Positions 10,252-20,273 of a stretch of 64,000 nucleotides of DNA are shown here, piece after piece; position 1 is the first letter of the stretch; the number at the start of each line of letters is the position of its first letter. The position numbers were made by a program, and so were the translations under genes. The stretch lies in sequence record MW749003.1; one strand, 5' to 3'. The notes below the pieces were generated by a model. That model ran no database searches, was not told where the DNA came from, and saw only the letters and a list, made by a program, of their open reading frames with translations.

Positions 10252-11412
10252 ATGAATCACACTGTGATAAAAGATAACTTAGAAAAAGCTATTCATGTTG
10301 CTTTATCTGATAAACATAATACTGACAAATTAAATCATATAGTCAAAAAATATATAGATCACAATAACCAAATATTATATGCAAATGCTCCATTACAACG
10401 ACTTTATTTCTCTGATACTGATAGAAATCATATTTTTGAATTAACAGGAGTGAAGAAAAATTATATTGGGGAAATCATAAAGAAAGTTGATATGATTAAA
10501 AGTTCATGGAAAATTGTTAATAATCCATTCAATATTCTAATGGCAATGATTATCAGACAGTATTCTATTGATAAGAAAGAAGAGTCATTAAATAATTCTC
10601 TCCTTTACCTAACTCTTTCGCTTTATAGCTCGCTACATTATAAGTACTTTCAGTATATTCCGAATGAGAATGTTATGAATTATACAATTAATAACTTAAA
10701 TAATAAATTTTTATTTAAACAGTATGGTGTAGTAATTAAAGCACTATTTCATACAGCTAATAAAACGTTAGAAAAATATGAAAAAGATTTAAAAAGAGGT
10801 AATGATGAAGATATAGTTAACTTTTTAATGTTTCTTCAGACACGTTTAAATAACTTAATGAAAAATTTTACTAGCGAATATATGAAGAATTATAAGAGTA
10901 AAAAGTATTTGAATACTGAAAAGGATAATACAGATGAAGATAATTTTTATGAAACTGATAATGTTTCATTAATGATATCTCGTCTAACTAGTCAAACGAC
11001 TAATAAGTTTTATTCAGGAGATTTAAATGATAAGCTAATTAGAGTTTCATCTAAATTTAGTGATGTAAGTCCTATCACACTTAAATATGCTTTAGAAAGT
11101 ATTAAAAAGAATGAGCGAGAAAAAGTTGAAAGCCTTATTCAATCTATCCTACAAGTATATTTGATTGATGGAAAGAATAGTTATGAAAGTATAGCTTCTC
11201 AGAGGTTTATTGCATATTGTATTTCTATATACTCTAAGAGTAATACAAAAGATGTTAACATTCTAAGAATTAAAAAATTACTTGATTATTTCCTTAAGAA
11301 TAATAGTAATAAATATAGTGAAACAGAAAGAGAAGCTACTAGAATCAGTTATAGAAAAGCATTTTATATGTATATTGTATTATTTATCCAGCAAAATCAA
11401 TTAAAACACTAA
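10252..11412 (+). CDS. late hypothetical protein (386 aa)
   Basis: own late promoter and SD; no motif recognised. Confidence 0.6.
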   Translation: MNHTVIKDNLEKAIHVALSDKHNTDKLNHIVKKYIDHNNQILYANAPLQRLYFSDTDRNHIFELTGVKKNYIGEIIKKVDMIKSSWKIVNNPFNILMAMIIRQYSIDKKEESLNNSLLYLTLSLYSSLHYKYFQYIPNENVMNYTINNLNNKFLFKQYGVVIKALFHTANKTLEKYEKDLKRGNDEDIVNFLMFLQTRLNNLMKNFTSEYMKNYKSKKYLNTEKDNTDEDNFYETDNVSLMISRLTSQTTNKFYSGDLNDKLIRVSSKFSDVSPITLKYALESIKKNEREKVESLIQSILQVYLIDGKNSYESIASQRFIAYCISIYSKSNTKDVNILRIKKLLDYFLKNNSNKYSETEREATRISYRKAFYMYIVLFIQQNQLKH

Positions 11413-11489
11413 AAAGTAATTACTGTCAATCTAATTTGACAGTAATTACTTATTTCTCTTGAACATTACTATATAAATTAATAAAGGAG

Positions 11490-11840
11490 TTGAGGAATAT
11501 GCCAAGTAATACAGCTAAGGGATGGGAAGACCAATTATCATGGGATGATTCAACAAGTACAGATGGTGGTTCTTCCTCTATTACAATTGCACCTGAAGAA
11601 CCAGTACAACTTATCAGAGATCCAGAAACAAATCAAGTTACTAAGGTAGTTTATGGAAACATGTCTCGGATGATGGAAGGAGAACCTGTTGTCATGTGGT
11701 CAGAAGAAATTCTTCGTGATGAGGAAACTGGTCAAGTAATTGGTATTAGAACTGTTAGACCTAATGGAACCTCTACAGTTGAAACTATTCTTCGTGATGA
11801 AAATGGCATGTTTCTTGGTACAGAATTGAAATATGAATAG
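11490..11840 (+). CDS. late structural-type protein with three (I/L)RD-x-x-x-x-x-V beta-hairpin repeats
   Basis: LIRDPETNQV, ILRDEETGQV, ILRDENGMF; first gene after late promoter 11462. Confidence 0.55.
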   Translation: MRNMPSNTAKGWEDQLSWDDSTSTDGGSSSITIAPEEPVQLIRDPETNQVTKVVYGNMSRMMEGEPVVMWSEEILRDEETGQVIGIRTVRPNGTSTVETILRDENGMFLGTELKYE

Positions 11841-11852
11841 AGGTGATATAAG

Positions 11853-12554
11853 TTGGGTTTACCAAGTTTAATTATAAACTTTGAAGAGATTAAGGATCCA
11901 ATTATTAGAGCTATTAATGAAGCAGCAATTTCAGTATCAGTTGGTGATGTAACTCTAGATTCTTCTTCTATTACAATTGATACAACTGAAATTGAAAAGT
12001 CTTTAGATGATATCCTATCTAAATTAGGAACTGTTGATAGTAATGTTAGATTAGTTCAGGATGCTAGTAAAAATATTCTTAATAGTTTAATTGCTCATGA
12101 TAATAATCTTAAAAATTCAATGGATCAATTAGGAACTAAACTTGACAATATATTAAGTACAACTACGAGTATGTTTAATATATTAGAAGAAATTAAGAAA
12201 CAATTGGCAACTGAAGGAAATCAAAGAGCTATTGGATACTCACTTGCAGTTCCAAGTGTAGCTGGTAGTTACACAAAAGTTTTTACTAGTGATAAAGATA
12301 CTATTTTAACTGGGATAACTATCTCTCAATCAGCATGGAATAACAATGATAAATGGTCTCTAAAAATTGGTGATTTTATTATGTTTGATAGAATTTATAC
12401 TAAAAATCGTGGAGAACATAAAGAATTAAAGAAATTCTTTCCAGTACCAGCTAATACACCAGTGACCTTTCAGTTTGATAATACTAGTAGTGCCAATAGT
12501 AAATATGTATGGTTTGATATTGACTATATTGAAATTGATAAACCTACAGTTTGA
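11853..12554 (+). CDS. family B (MGLPS..IN) protein 1: coiled coil plus C-terminal beta-sandwich
   Basis: N-terminus MGLPSLIIN; C-terminal NxS...W.DI.Y shared with the next two genes. Confidence 0.6.
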   Translation: MGLPSLIINFEEIKDPIIRAINEAAISVSVGDVTLDSSSITIDTTEIEKSLDDILSKLGTVDSNVRLVQDASKNILNSLIAHDNNLKNSMDQLGTKLDNILSTTTSMFNILEEIKKQLATEGNQRAIGYSLAVPSVAGSYTKVFTSDKDTILTGITISQSAWNNNDKWSLKIGDFIMFDRIYTKNRGEHKELKKFFPVPANTPVTFQFDNTSSANSKYVWFDIDYIEIDKPTV

Positions 12555-12570
12555 TTAGGAGGTAACTTAA

Positions 12571-13263
12571 ATGGGGCTTCCTTCTTATATAATAAACTAT
12601 AATGACTCTGCAAAATATATTCAGGAGGCTATTAGAGATGCTAGATTATCTTTATCCATAAGTGACGTTAATATGGATAAAGTCACTGAAGCTATATTAA
12701 ATACTTCAGTAGTTGAAGGCAAATTAAGCTCGATAGTTGATATAAATGATGTTATTAATCAGACTATTTCTAATTTATCATCCGATATTGAAAATATATC
12801 TGACTTCATTATTACAACAAGTGAAGAAAATAAAGAAATAATAAATCAAATTGAAACTAAATTAAAATCTCAGTTAGATGTTACAAAAAGTATTAAAGAT
12901 ACAGTATCTGGTATAGCTGATAAGCTAAGTCCCCAAGGAGAACAAAGAATTAAAGGTTTTTATGAATATGTTCCTCCTATAAGAGAGGATTTTATATTAG
13001 AGTTTATACAGAATAGGGATATTGAACTAACAGCAATTTCTATGTCCCAAATAGGTTGGAAATATGAAGATACCTATGATTTAATGGTTGGTGAAGATAT
13101 TATATTTAGTAATATCTCTACAAAAGAAGTTGCCCAAAAAAAGAAATTTAATAAAGGACTAAAAGTATCTGCTAATACTTCTATAAAATTTATTCTTCAT
13201 AATAATAGTGGTAATAGTAGACAGATGTGGTTAGATATAGAGTATTTAATAAAGCCACAGTAA
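12571..13263 (+). CDS. family B protein 2
   Basis: MGLPSYIIN...HNNSGNSRQMWLDIEY. Confidence 0.6.
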   Translation: MGLPSYIINYNDSAKYIQEAIRDARLSLSISDVNMDKVTEAILNTSVVEGKLSSIVDINDVINQTISNLSSDIENISDFIITTSEENKEIINQIETKLKSQLDVTKSIKDTVSGIADKLSPQGEQRIKGFYEYVPPIREDFILEFIQNRDIELTAISMSQIGWKYEDTYDLMVGEDIIFSNISTKEVAQKKKFNKGLKVSANTSIKFILHNNSGNSRQMWLDIEYLIKPQ

Positions 13264-13280
13264 GGAGGTTTATTCATTAA

Positions 13281-13967
13281 ATGGGAATGCCTTCTCATAT
13301 TATTAATCGTGAAGATCTAGAACAAATAATTATTCAGGCTCTTAATTCTAACAGTTTAAAAGTCAATTTAACAGGTTTAAAACTTCCAGAGACAGTTATT
13401 TCAGGAAATACAGAAGGTATTGAAACTGGGATGAAATCAATATTAGATGTATTGAATACACAATCCCAGAATGCTCAAGACTTATTTATGTCTGTCAGTA
13501 ACTTATTAGCAAATACTACCATAGTTGAGGACTTATATATTGACAGATTATATGATTTGTCATTATTAGTTTCAAAATTAATTGCTGAAGAATTAGAGAT
13601 AAATGAATTATTAAATAAAATAAAAGATTATTTATCTCTAAAAGGAATTGATAAGTCAGTTAGTATCCGTAAAGATATTCCAAGTATTAATGGAACCTAC
13701 TATTTGAATTGTAAAGTTTCTGAAGAATCAAATATAACTAAAATTACAAGTTTTCAAAATCAATATGATTTTTCAGACTGTTGGGATTTAAGAGTTAATG
13801 GAGTAACTGTGTTTGAAAATGTTTTTTCTAAGGGAATTGAACAAAGAAAATATTTTTCTTCACCTTTAAAAGTTATTCCTACTGATAGAGTTGAATTCTT
13901 ATTTTATAATAATAGTGGAAAACAAAAAACTATATATTATGATATTGATTTTCTCACTATTAGCTAA
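13281..13967 (+). CDS. family B protein 3
   Basis: MGMPSHIIN...YNNSGKQKTIYYDIDF. Confidence 0.6.
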   Translation: MGMPSHIINREDLEQIIIQALNSNSLKVNLTGLKLPETVISGNTEGIETGMKSILDVLNTQSQNAQDLFMSVSNLLANTTIVEDLYIDRLYDLSLLVSKLIAEELEINELLNKIKDYLSLKGIDKSVSIRKDIPSINGTYYLNCKVSEESNITKITSFQNQYDFSDCWDLRVNGVTVFENVFSKGIEQRKYFSSPLKVIPTDRVEFLFYNNSGKQKTIYYDIDFLTIS

Positions 13968-13993
13968 TTTCCTAGCTAAATAATACCCCATTA

Positions 13994-15088
13994 ATGGAAG
14001 GAGGAAGTTACTACTATTATAATAGTAGTAGCAAAAATAATATGGCTTTAGTAGATTACAATCTTAGAAGCAATGATAAGTTCTACTACACAGAGGGTTC
14101 TACTTCTGTCGGTGATCTTATTAAAAATGTAGCCAATGAATTTGTTACAAAAGCTGGAACTGAGTATGCATGGACATTAGAATCACCATCAGCTATTTCT
14201 AATGTCACAAATAAGGTAATCCTATCTACAACAACTTCATTTGGAAAAACTTTCTATTTAAAAATCTTTAGACCAGAGACTACAGATGCAAATAATGTAG
14301 TTTCAGTTCCACTTACTTATGTAAATATGGCTATTGGTACTGAATATAACGCTGAAACTGAAGATTTAGTAGAGGGTAAAGTATCTCCAGTAACTAAATT
14401 ATCTTGGTATAAAGATGATATTGATCCAAGTATTAAATCATGGCTACCAGTATCATACTGGATGAATATTACAAAAGATGCAGTTAACTTAGTATTCCGT
14501 GGAGATCCATCTGCTGATAACTATCCATATAAGAAATTCTTAGTTGGCTATGCATATATTGGCTCAGTTACTCCTTTAGAAGACGGTCAATCACCAGACG
14601 TAGAATACAACTTTGGTATTACTACTTCTTCAGCAACTGAACCAGTATTGAGTAATGCTTATGGTCCAAGAACTGGTACAGGGATTACTGATATCCTAAT
14701 GGTAGCAAATAAAATTGGTATGCCATATCAGCCTCATTATCCTTCATTCTATGGTTCTAACCAATTTATGGATAAAATGAATATTGAAGGCTCACGCTGG
14801 AATAATCAAAAACATCAATTCTCAGATATTACTGTTACTCACTCTATTGACATGGAACGTGGTAAAATGCAGAATATTCTTGTTGGTGATAATTCAGCTC
14901 TTTATGACAATGATAAACTTGTTTATAAAGAAGGTACAACTGAACAGTTAACTTATAAGAAATTCCAGATTTCTGCACCTTATAGCTTCTTAAATAACAG
15001 TTCCAATACACAATATTGTATTGCAATTAGATGCTACAATCCAGATGGTATTTCAAAAGTTGATGATGGAACTACAGCTACTAGCTAA
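13994..15088 (+). CDS. putative abundant virion structural protein (true start may be ATG 14042)
   Basis: codon usage (ggt/act/gct/cgt) resembles the capsid gene; the only strong SD (13998-14004) lies downstream of ATG 13994. Confidence 0.55.
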   Translation: MEGGSYYYYNSSSKNNMALVDYNLRSNDKFYYTEGSTSVGDLIKNVANEFVTKAGTEYAWTLESPSAISNVTNKVILSTTTSFGKTFYLKIFRPETTDANNVVSVPLTYVNMAIGTEYNAETEDLVEGKVSPVTKLSWYKDDIDPSIKSWLPVSYWMNITKDAVNLVFRGDPSADNYPYKKFLVGYAYIGSVTPLEDGQSPDVEYNFGITTSSATEPVLSNAYGPRTGTGITDILMVANKIGMPYQPHYPSFYGSNQFMDKMNIEGSRWNNQKHQFSDITVTHSIDMERGKMQNILVGDNSALYDNDKLVYKEGTTEQLTYKKFQISAPYSFLNNSSNTQYCIAIRCYNPDGISKVDDGTTATS

Positions 15089-15112
15089 TTAATAAGGGAG
15101 AGGATGTAGACT

Positions 15113-17692
15113 ATGTTTTTGCAACGATTCTCATTTAAAACTGGTCTACCTCTATTTGCCCATAGATTTCGTTATACATTTAAGGCTTATATTATAAATG
15201 GCTCATCAGTTTTCTTAAAAATTGATGAGTCTCCTAAAAAAATAGTTAAAAATAAAAATTTATCAATTCTTAAATCAATTCATAATCTCTATTTAAATAA
15301 AAAAGAGTTAGTACTAGATTTTTTTATAAAAGAATTAGATAAATCGTCAAAATCCACTAAAAAATTAATTGCTTTTAATAAATTAATGGATAGGAAAATT
15401 GATAAATATACAGTAGAAATTCTTAATAAAAGGATTTATACTGTAGAAAAAAATAACTTAAATGTATATAAAACGAACTCTTTATTGGACTATATAGAGA
15501 TGGATAAAAATAAGTTAAGAAAAGAATCTCATAATATTAGCACTATTAATAGTATACATATTAATGGTACTACATATGAGATATATATTCCTAATGATAA
15601 TATAAGAGTCTCTTCTAAAATGGAGCAAATTATTTATAATACAATTGACACACTATTATCAACCAAATATAGAGATATTGATAAAAGAGAAGATTATTTT
15701 CAAATTAATAATGAATCCATGAAAAAGTTAGATTATAAGATGGATTTAATTGAACTAGATAAAAGTAATAAAAATATTATTGATATTTATAATTCAATTA
15801 ATACTCTTATAAAAGATAAATATAATATGGATTTTAATTTAAATAATATAGTTCTTGAAAATAATTCCAATAAATATATTAATATAAATAATACTGTCTA
15901 TGATATTTATAAAAATTCACCATATCAAATTAATAGAGATAATCAAGGTCACTATCTAAATACAATTATTATAAAAGATATCAATAAGAACCCTAATAAC
16001 TTTGGTCTGGTTAAAAGGGTTATTAGAAGTGGAAATACTATTAATACTGTTAGTACACTTAAAAAAGATGAAGATAAAAATATTTCTAGTATATTTAATG
16101 GATGGAAATTTATAAGAAAACAACCTACATGGGAAATAAGTAAAGCTGATAGAAGTCTCAATCTAAATAAAAATTTAATTAAAGATATATCTTTATCTAA
16201 TAAAGAATTACACTTTAAGAAAAAAACTATACCCGATATATCATTTAAGTTTCTAATTTATTCATTATCAGATATTTCCAATGTTAATATTGATTATAAT
16301 ACTAAAAACTTATTTCTAAGTGTAATGTCAAGGAAAGACTTATCATTGAATAAAAATAATCATTATTTATATTTGATTGATCGGAGAGATATTTTTATTC
16401 TTCCTTTATATAATTATCTTAAGAAAACTAGTAATCAAAACTTATTTATTGATTCTAATAATAATTTTTTAACAAAAAATAGATTAATATCTATTGAATC
16501 TATGAATGACAATCAATATTTATTTGATGAAACTTTTAATAATATTATTAATAATTTAAATATATCCAAATATTATAGCTCTAATATAGATAAAAATATA
16601 AATAAAATTAATAAATCTTTAGGTTTAATTAAATATCATAAAGATATGAGTGATTCAATCAATAAAGATTTTAATCTAAGAATAAGACAATCAGAAGTTT
16701 TATTTAAATCTTTACCAAGCTATAATATGATTATAAGAAGTGACGATAATTTTATCTTTATTCAAAATGATGAATTCTTAAATAGTCTTGATAATAAAAT
16801 TATTGGTACGAATTATGTTAAGTATGATTTACTTAAAGATAATCCACCAAATATTATTAAGAATTATAATTACTCATCACTTGATAGATTAGCCTATGCT
16901 AATATAGATGCTGTAAAAAATATATTTATTAAAGATATATTAAATCCTAATATTGATATTAATATAGTAAAGAGACAATTGAAATTAATTGAGAATAAAA
17001 AACTCAATAAATTTAATTATGACAATTCAGTTAATTTTCTTACATTAAATAAACGCTGGTGGTTCATAAAACCAACTAATCCAAAGACAAGAATAAATAT
17101 TCCTTCAATTGATTATCCATATGAAACTAAACCAATAATGGAGTTAAAAGAACATCCAATTCAGGCATTTAAAGACTTAGGAACTAATGACATAGATGTA
17201 AGTATTGAAATATTACTTGAGTTAGTTAATATAGTTATGCATTGGTGGCATCATTCTTATAATGAACTTTATAGAGGTTTAGGTGATGAATCTATTGTTG
17301 GTATTATGAATGTTTTACATGAATGGTGGAATTTAGAATCCTCTCAATCTCAAGTTAATGATGATAAAACTAATAAAGAATATGAACGAGTTTTTAGATG
17401 GATTAGATGGGAAGCTGAAAAAGTATACTTTGATTTCAAGAAAGACTACCAAAACAATTTAATATATAACGGTAATCATTATATGGAGATACTTACAAAA
17501 AATCTTTTAGAATATGTAGAATTTCACCATTATATGATTGTACCTCTCTATAAATCTTTAGAACGTATGGATATTATGAGAGCAATTATGGATGATGATC
17601 CACAAGGTGATATTATGGTGGAACTTCCTAATAAAAATAAAGGTGAAAGAGATTATGTTATTGATTCTGAAGATAATAGTTATCTCTTATAA
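15113..17692 (+). CDS. 859-aa Asn/Ile/Lys-rich repetitive protein with Trp-rich C-terminal domain, possible fibre/beta-solenoid
   Basis: low-complexity periodic N/I/K core; C-terminal HWWHH...RWIRWE; lies in the late operon. Confidence 0.45.
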   Translation: MFLQRFSFKTGLPLFAHRFRYTFKAYIINGSSVFLKIDESPKKIVKNKNLSILKSIHNLYLNKKELVLDFFIKELDKSSKSTKKLIAFNKLMDRKIDKYTVEILNKRIYTVEKNNLNVYKTNSLLDYIEMDKNKLRKESHNISTINSIHINGTTYEIYIPNDNIRVSSKMEQIIYNTIDTLLSTKYRDIDKREDYFQINNESMKKLDYKMDLIELDKSNKNIIDIYNSINTLIKDKYNMDFNLNNIVLENNSNKYININNTVYDIYKNSPYQINRDNQGHYLNTIIIKDINKNPNNFGLVKRVIRSGNTINTVSTLKKDEDKNISSIFNGWKFIRKQPTWEISKADRSLNLNKNLIKDISLSNKELHFKKKTIPDISFKFLIYSLSDISNVNIDYNTKNLFLSVMSRKDLSLNKNNHYLYLIDRRDIFILPLYNYLKKTSNQNLFIDSNNNFLTKNRLISIESMNDNQYLFDETFNNIINNLNISKYYSSNIDKNINKINKSLGLIKYHKDMSDSINKDFNLRIRQSEVLFKSLPSYNMIIRSDDNFIFIQNDEFLNSLDNKIIGTNYVKYDLLKDNPPNIIKNYNYSSLDRLAYANIDAVKNIFIKDILNPNIDINIVKRQLKLIENKKLNKFNYDNSVNFLTLNKRWWFIKPTNPKTRINIPSIDYPYETKPIMELKEHPIQAFKDLGTNDIDVSIEILLELVNIVMHWWHHSYNELYRGLGDESIVGIMNVLHEWWNLESSQSQVNDDKTNKEYERVFRWIRWEAEKVYFDFKKDYQNNLIYNGNHYMEILTKNLLEYVEFHHYMIVPLYKSLERMDIMRAIMDDDPQGDIMVELPNKNKGERDYVIDSEDNSYLL

Positions 17693-17709
17693 ATAAGGAG
17701 GAAAAAAAT

Positions 17710-17982
17710 ATGGCAACAACTGGACCAACTTATAAATCAGTAGGAAGTACTAGTTCTTCTTTTAAACAACCTAGACAAAAAATGTGGGGAGTTTTTAGTC
17801 GTCCAAATTCACAAGAAGGGGCAAAATATTGGGAACTTACTATATTAACTAATAGTCTTGAAGAAGCTAAAGAGAAAGTTAATGATTGGTTAAAGAACCC
17901 ACCAACTGGTCAATATGCTCAGGCAGGATTGAATAATATCATTCTCTGTGAAGTTGTTCCTGTTGATATGGAAGTAATTTAA
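17710..17982 (+). CDS. family C protein 1
   Basis: YKS...FKQPRQKMWGVF...VNDWL..P...AG.NNII..EV.P. Confidence 0.65.
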   Translation: MATTGPTYKSVGSTSSSFKQPRQKMWGVFSRPNSQEGAKYWELTILTNSLEEAKEKVNDWLKNPPTGQYAQAGLNNIILCEVVPVDMEVI

Positions 17983-18003
17983 CTTTAATAGGAGGAAATA
18001 ATT

Positions 18004-18603
18004 ATGGGTAGATTTGATCCAGTTACTTATAAATCGCTAGCTAATAATGATAACACTTTTAATAGATTACGACAAAAAACGTGGGGAGTCTTTATTGTTA
18101 GTGAGTATAAAGAATCTATTGGAGAACCAGTTCCAATTAATGCATCATCAATGAAAGATGATTATACATTGTTTGGAATCGAAAGTTCAAACATAGCAAA
18201 AAGAGATTATTCTATTAAAGGATATAAACCAGATGTAGATATTCCTAAAACTGGGCCAGAAGGTGAAGAAATTATATCAATTACTAACGTTTCTATTCTT
18301 AAAGATGGTGCTGTTCAGTTAGGGACTAAAAGAATTCTTAATGGTTCATATTATGTAGATAATAAACCTTATTATGCTGATAGTGATGTATTATATGATA
18401 ATGTAAAAATATACTACTATTATTCTAAGGTTAAAGACTATTCATGGAATCTTGTATTACTAACAAAAAGTCTTCAAGAAGCTAAAGATAAGGTTAATGA
18501 TTGGTTACGTTTACCTGAAATTGGTAGTACTTACCCAATTGCTGGAATTAATAGTGTAATGATTACTGAAATTATACCTTCTGATAGTATAATTGAGTTG
18601 TAG
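18004..18603 (+). CDS. family C protein 2, with an insertion of about 110 aa
   Basis: YKS...RQKTWGVF, insert, then LT.SLQEAKDKVNDWL...AGINSVMITEIIP. Confidence 0.65.
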   Translation: MGRFDPVTYKSLANNDNTFNRLRQKTWGVFIVSEYKESIGEPVPINASSMKDDYTLFGIESSNIAKRDYSIKGYKPDVDIPKTGPEGEEIISITNVSILKDGAVQLGTKRILNGSYYVDNKPYYADSDVLYDNVKIYYYYSKVKDYSWNLVLLTKSLQEAKDKVNDWLRLPEIGSTYPIAGINSVMITEIIPSDSIIEL

Positions 18604-18615
18604 GGAGTGTTATTA

Positions 18616-18885
18616 ATGTCATATTCTACAGTTGAATACAAAGCAGTTTCTACTAGTGAAAGTATTTTTAAACAACCTAGACAGAAAATGTGGGGAGTAT
18701 TTGTTGCTGTTAGTAAATCTGATAATATTAACAAATGGAAGTTAATTTATTTAGATAATGATTTCGAAGGTGCAAAGGACGTATTTAATGATTGGTTGCA
18801 AAACCCACAAGATCCAAAACTTGCAGGCATGGATAATATTATTATGACAGAAGTACTTCCTGCTAATAGTTCTACAAGAAATTAA
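18616..18885 (+). CDS. family C protein 3
   Basis: FKQPRQKMWGVF...FNDWL...AGMDNIIMTEVLP; SD gggag favours ATG 18616. Confidence 0.65.
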   Translation: MSYSTVEYKAVSTSESIFKQPRQKMWGVFVAVSKSDNINKWKLIYLDNDFEGAKDVFNDWLQNPQDPKLAGMDNIIMTEVLPANSSTRN

Positions 18886-18940
18886 AAATGAATGTAATGG
18901 GTGATTATTTCCCATTACATTCATTTTATTAAAGAAAGGG

Positions 18941-19960
18941 ATGTTATTTATGAATCTTCTAAAAATAAAAGATGGAAGATTGGAATTAGATAATTTCTAT
19001 ACAAATAGTAATTTTGCAGATTTTTTAAATAAAGGTGGAACTCATAGAGATTTTGAAGATAATTCTCTTTATATTGATACTAATGAAAAGGTAGAACGAG
19101 TCTTAAATTATAAAAACTTTCTCATTGAAATTAAGAAAGAGAATTGGGAAGAATTAAATGAAGATGAAAAGTTTACATTCTATATTGGTGATTCAGTAAA
19201 TGAGTATGGGATTAGTGAAGATAAAGATGATCCAATTCAAAAACAGTTTCAAAAGATTATTTATTCAGAAGGATATGTTCAATGCTATGTATCAGATGAT
19301 GGAATATCATGGCAGAATTTAGGAGGAGTTAATAATTTAGGGGAAAATATTACTAAACAGGGATTTCAAAAAATAAGTACAAAAAGTCTAAAATTATTAC
19401 ACTATGCAGTTTATACTGATCCATTTTTGACTATTCAGAATTTTCCAGAAGGTTACATTGCTAAGTTATATGATGAGAATAATAATTTAATTAAAGAGAG
19501 ATTATTTGATAAGAATAATGAAGTCAAAATATTCTTAGATTATAATATTACTGGTTATATAGTGATTTATGATTTAGAAAATAATGAAGTAACACGAACA
19601 AATCAAATGGAATTTTCATATGGTAACACCTTTATTGCTTGTGATTATAAATTAGAAATGATTTATAAAGATCAATTGCTTTCAAATGAGGAAGTCACTG
19701 AGATTGATACTTATGGTTCTCCTCAGTTAGTCACATTAAGAAATATTTCAGATAGTCAGACATATAATAATTTAACTATTACAACTGAAACTCTTAGTGA
19801 TGATTTAATTGAATTAAGCTTAGATAATATTACTTTTAGTGAGTCTATTACAATACCTGATATTCTTCCAAATGAGGAAATTGATATTTATATTAGTATT
19901 AATCGGGGAGAAAAGACACCTACATTCTCTTATAGAGAATTTCTATTTAAAGTTCTTTAA
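18941..19960 (+). CDS. beta-rich protein, possible adhesin/receptor-binding accessory
   Basis: last gene of late operon; YVSDDGISWQNLG; beta-strand pattern. Confidence 0.45.
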   Translation: MLFMNLLKIKDGRLELDNFYTNSNFADFLNKGGTHRDFEDNSLYIDTNEKVERVLNYKNFLIEIKKENWEELNEDEKFTFYIGDSVNEYGISEDKDDPIQKQFQKIIYSEGYVQCYVSDDGISWQNLGGVNNLGENITKQGFQKISTKSLKLLHYAVYTDPFLTIQNFPEGYIAKLYDENNNLIKERLFDKNNEVKIFLDYNITGYIVIYDLENNEVTRTNQMEFSYGNTFIACDYKLEMIYKDQLLSNEEVTEIDTYGSPQLVTLRNISDSQTYNNLTITTETLSDDLIELSLDNITFSESITIPDILPNEEIDIYISINRGEKTPTFSYREFLFKVL

Positions 19961-19969
19961 TAATAATAC

Positions 19970-20032
19970 GACTAATATGTTTTTAAAATATATATTATAA
20001 ACTTGATATAGAATATTAAAAACATATTAGTC
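19970..20032 (+). repeat. 17-bp perfect inverted repeat with a 29-nt loop containing an early promoter
   Basis: gactaatatgtttttaa (19970-19986) / ttaaaaacatattagtc (20016-20032); TATATTAT at 19991. Confidence 0.85.
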
Positions 20033-20060
20033 TTTTAAGGAGGTATTTTTTAAAAAAGTT

Positions 20061-20267
20061 ATGAAAAAAGATAACATTTTAAAGGAAAACGAAAAGTTAG
20101 AAATTTGATGTCAGAGATGTGGAAATCTAGGAGCTAAAAGGAGGAGAACTAATACAAATTATATGGAAGAAGATAGGAACTTTGTTATAGAATGTAATAA
20201 TTGTTTTACATTAACTGAAGAGTATTGGGAAGGACAATGGGAGATTTATAACTCACTTAGAGGTTAA
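20061..20267 (+). pseudogene. small Zn-finger protein gene with in-frame TGA
   Basis: MKKDNILKENEKLEI*CQRCG...ECNNCF; TGA at 20106-20108. Confidence 0.55.
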
Positions 20268-20273
20268 AAGGAG

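Noticed and set aside
11490-11840. RD repeats as an Rhs/YD toxin
   Set aside because: Only three short repeats, with no Rhs core or toxin/immunity pair.
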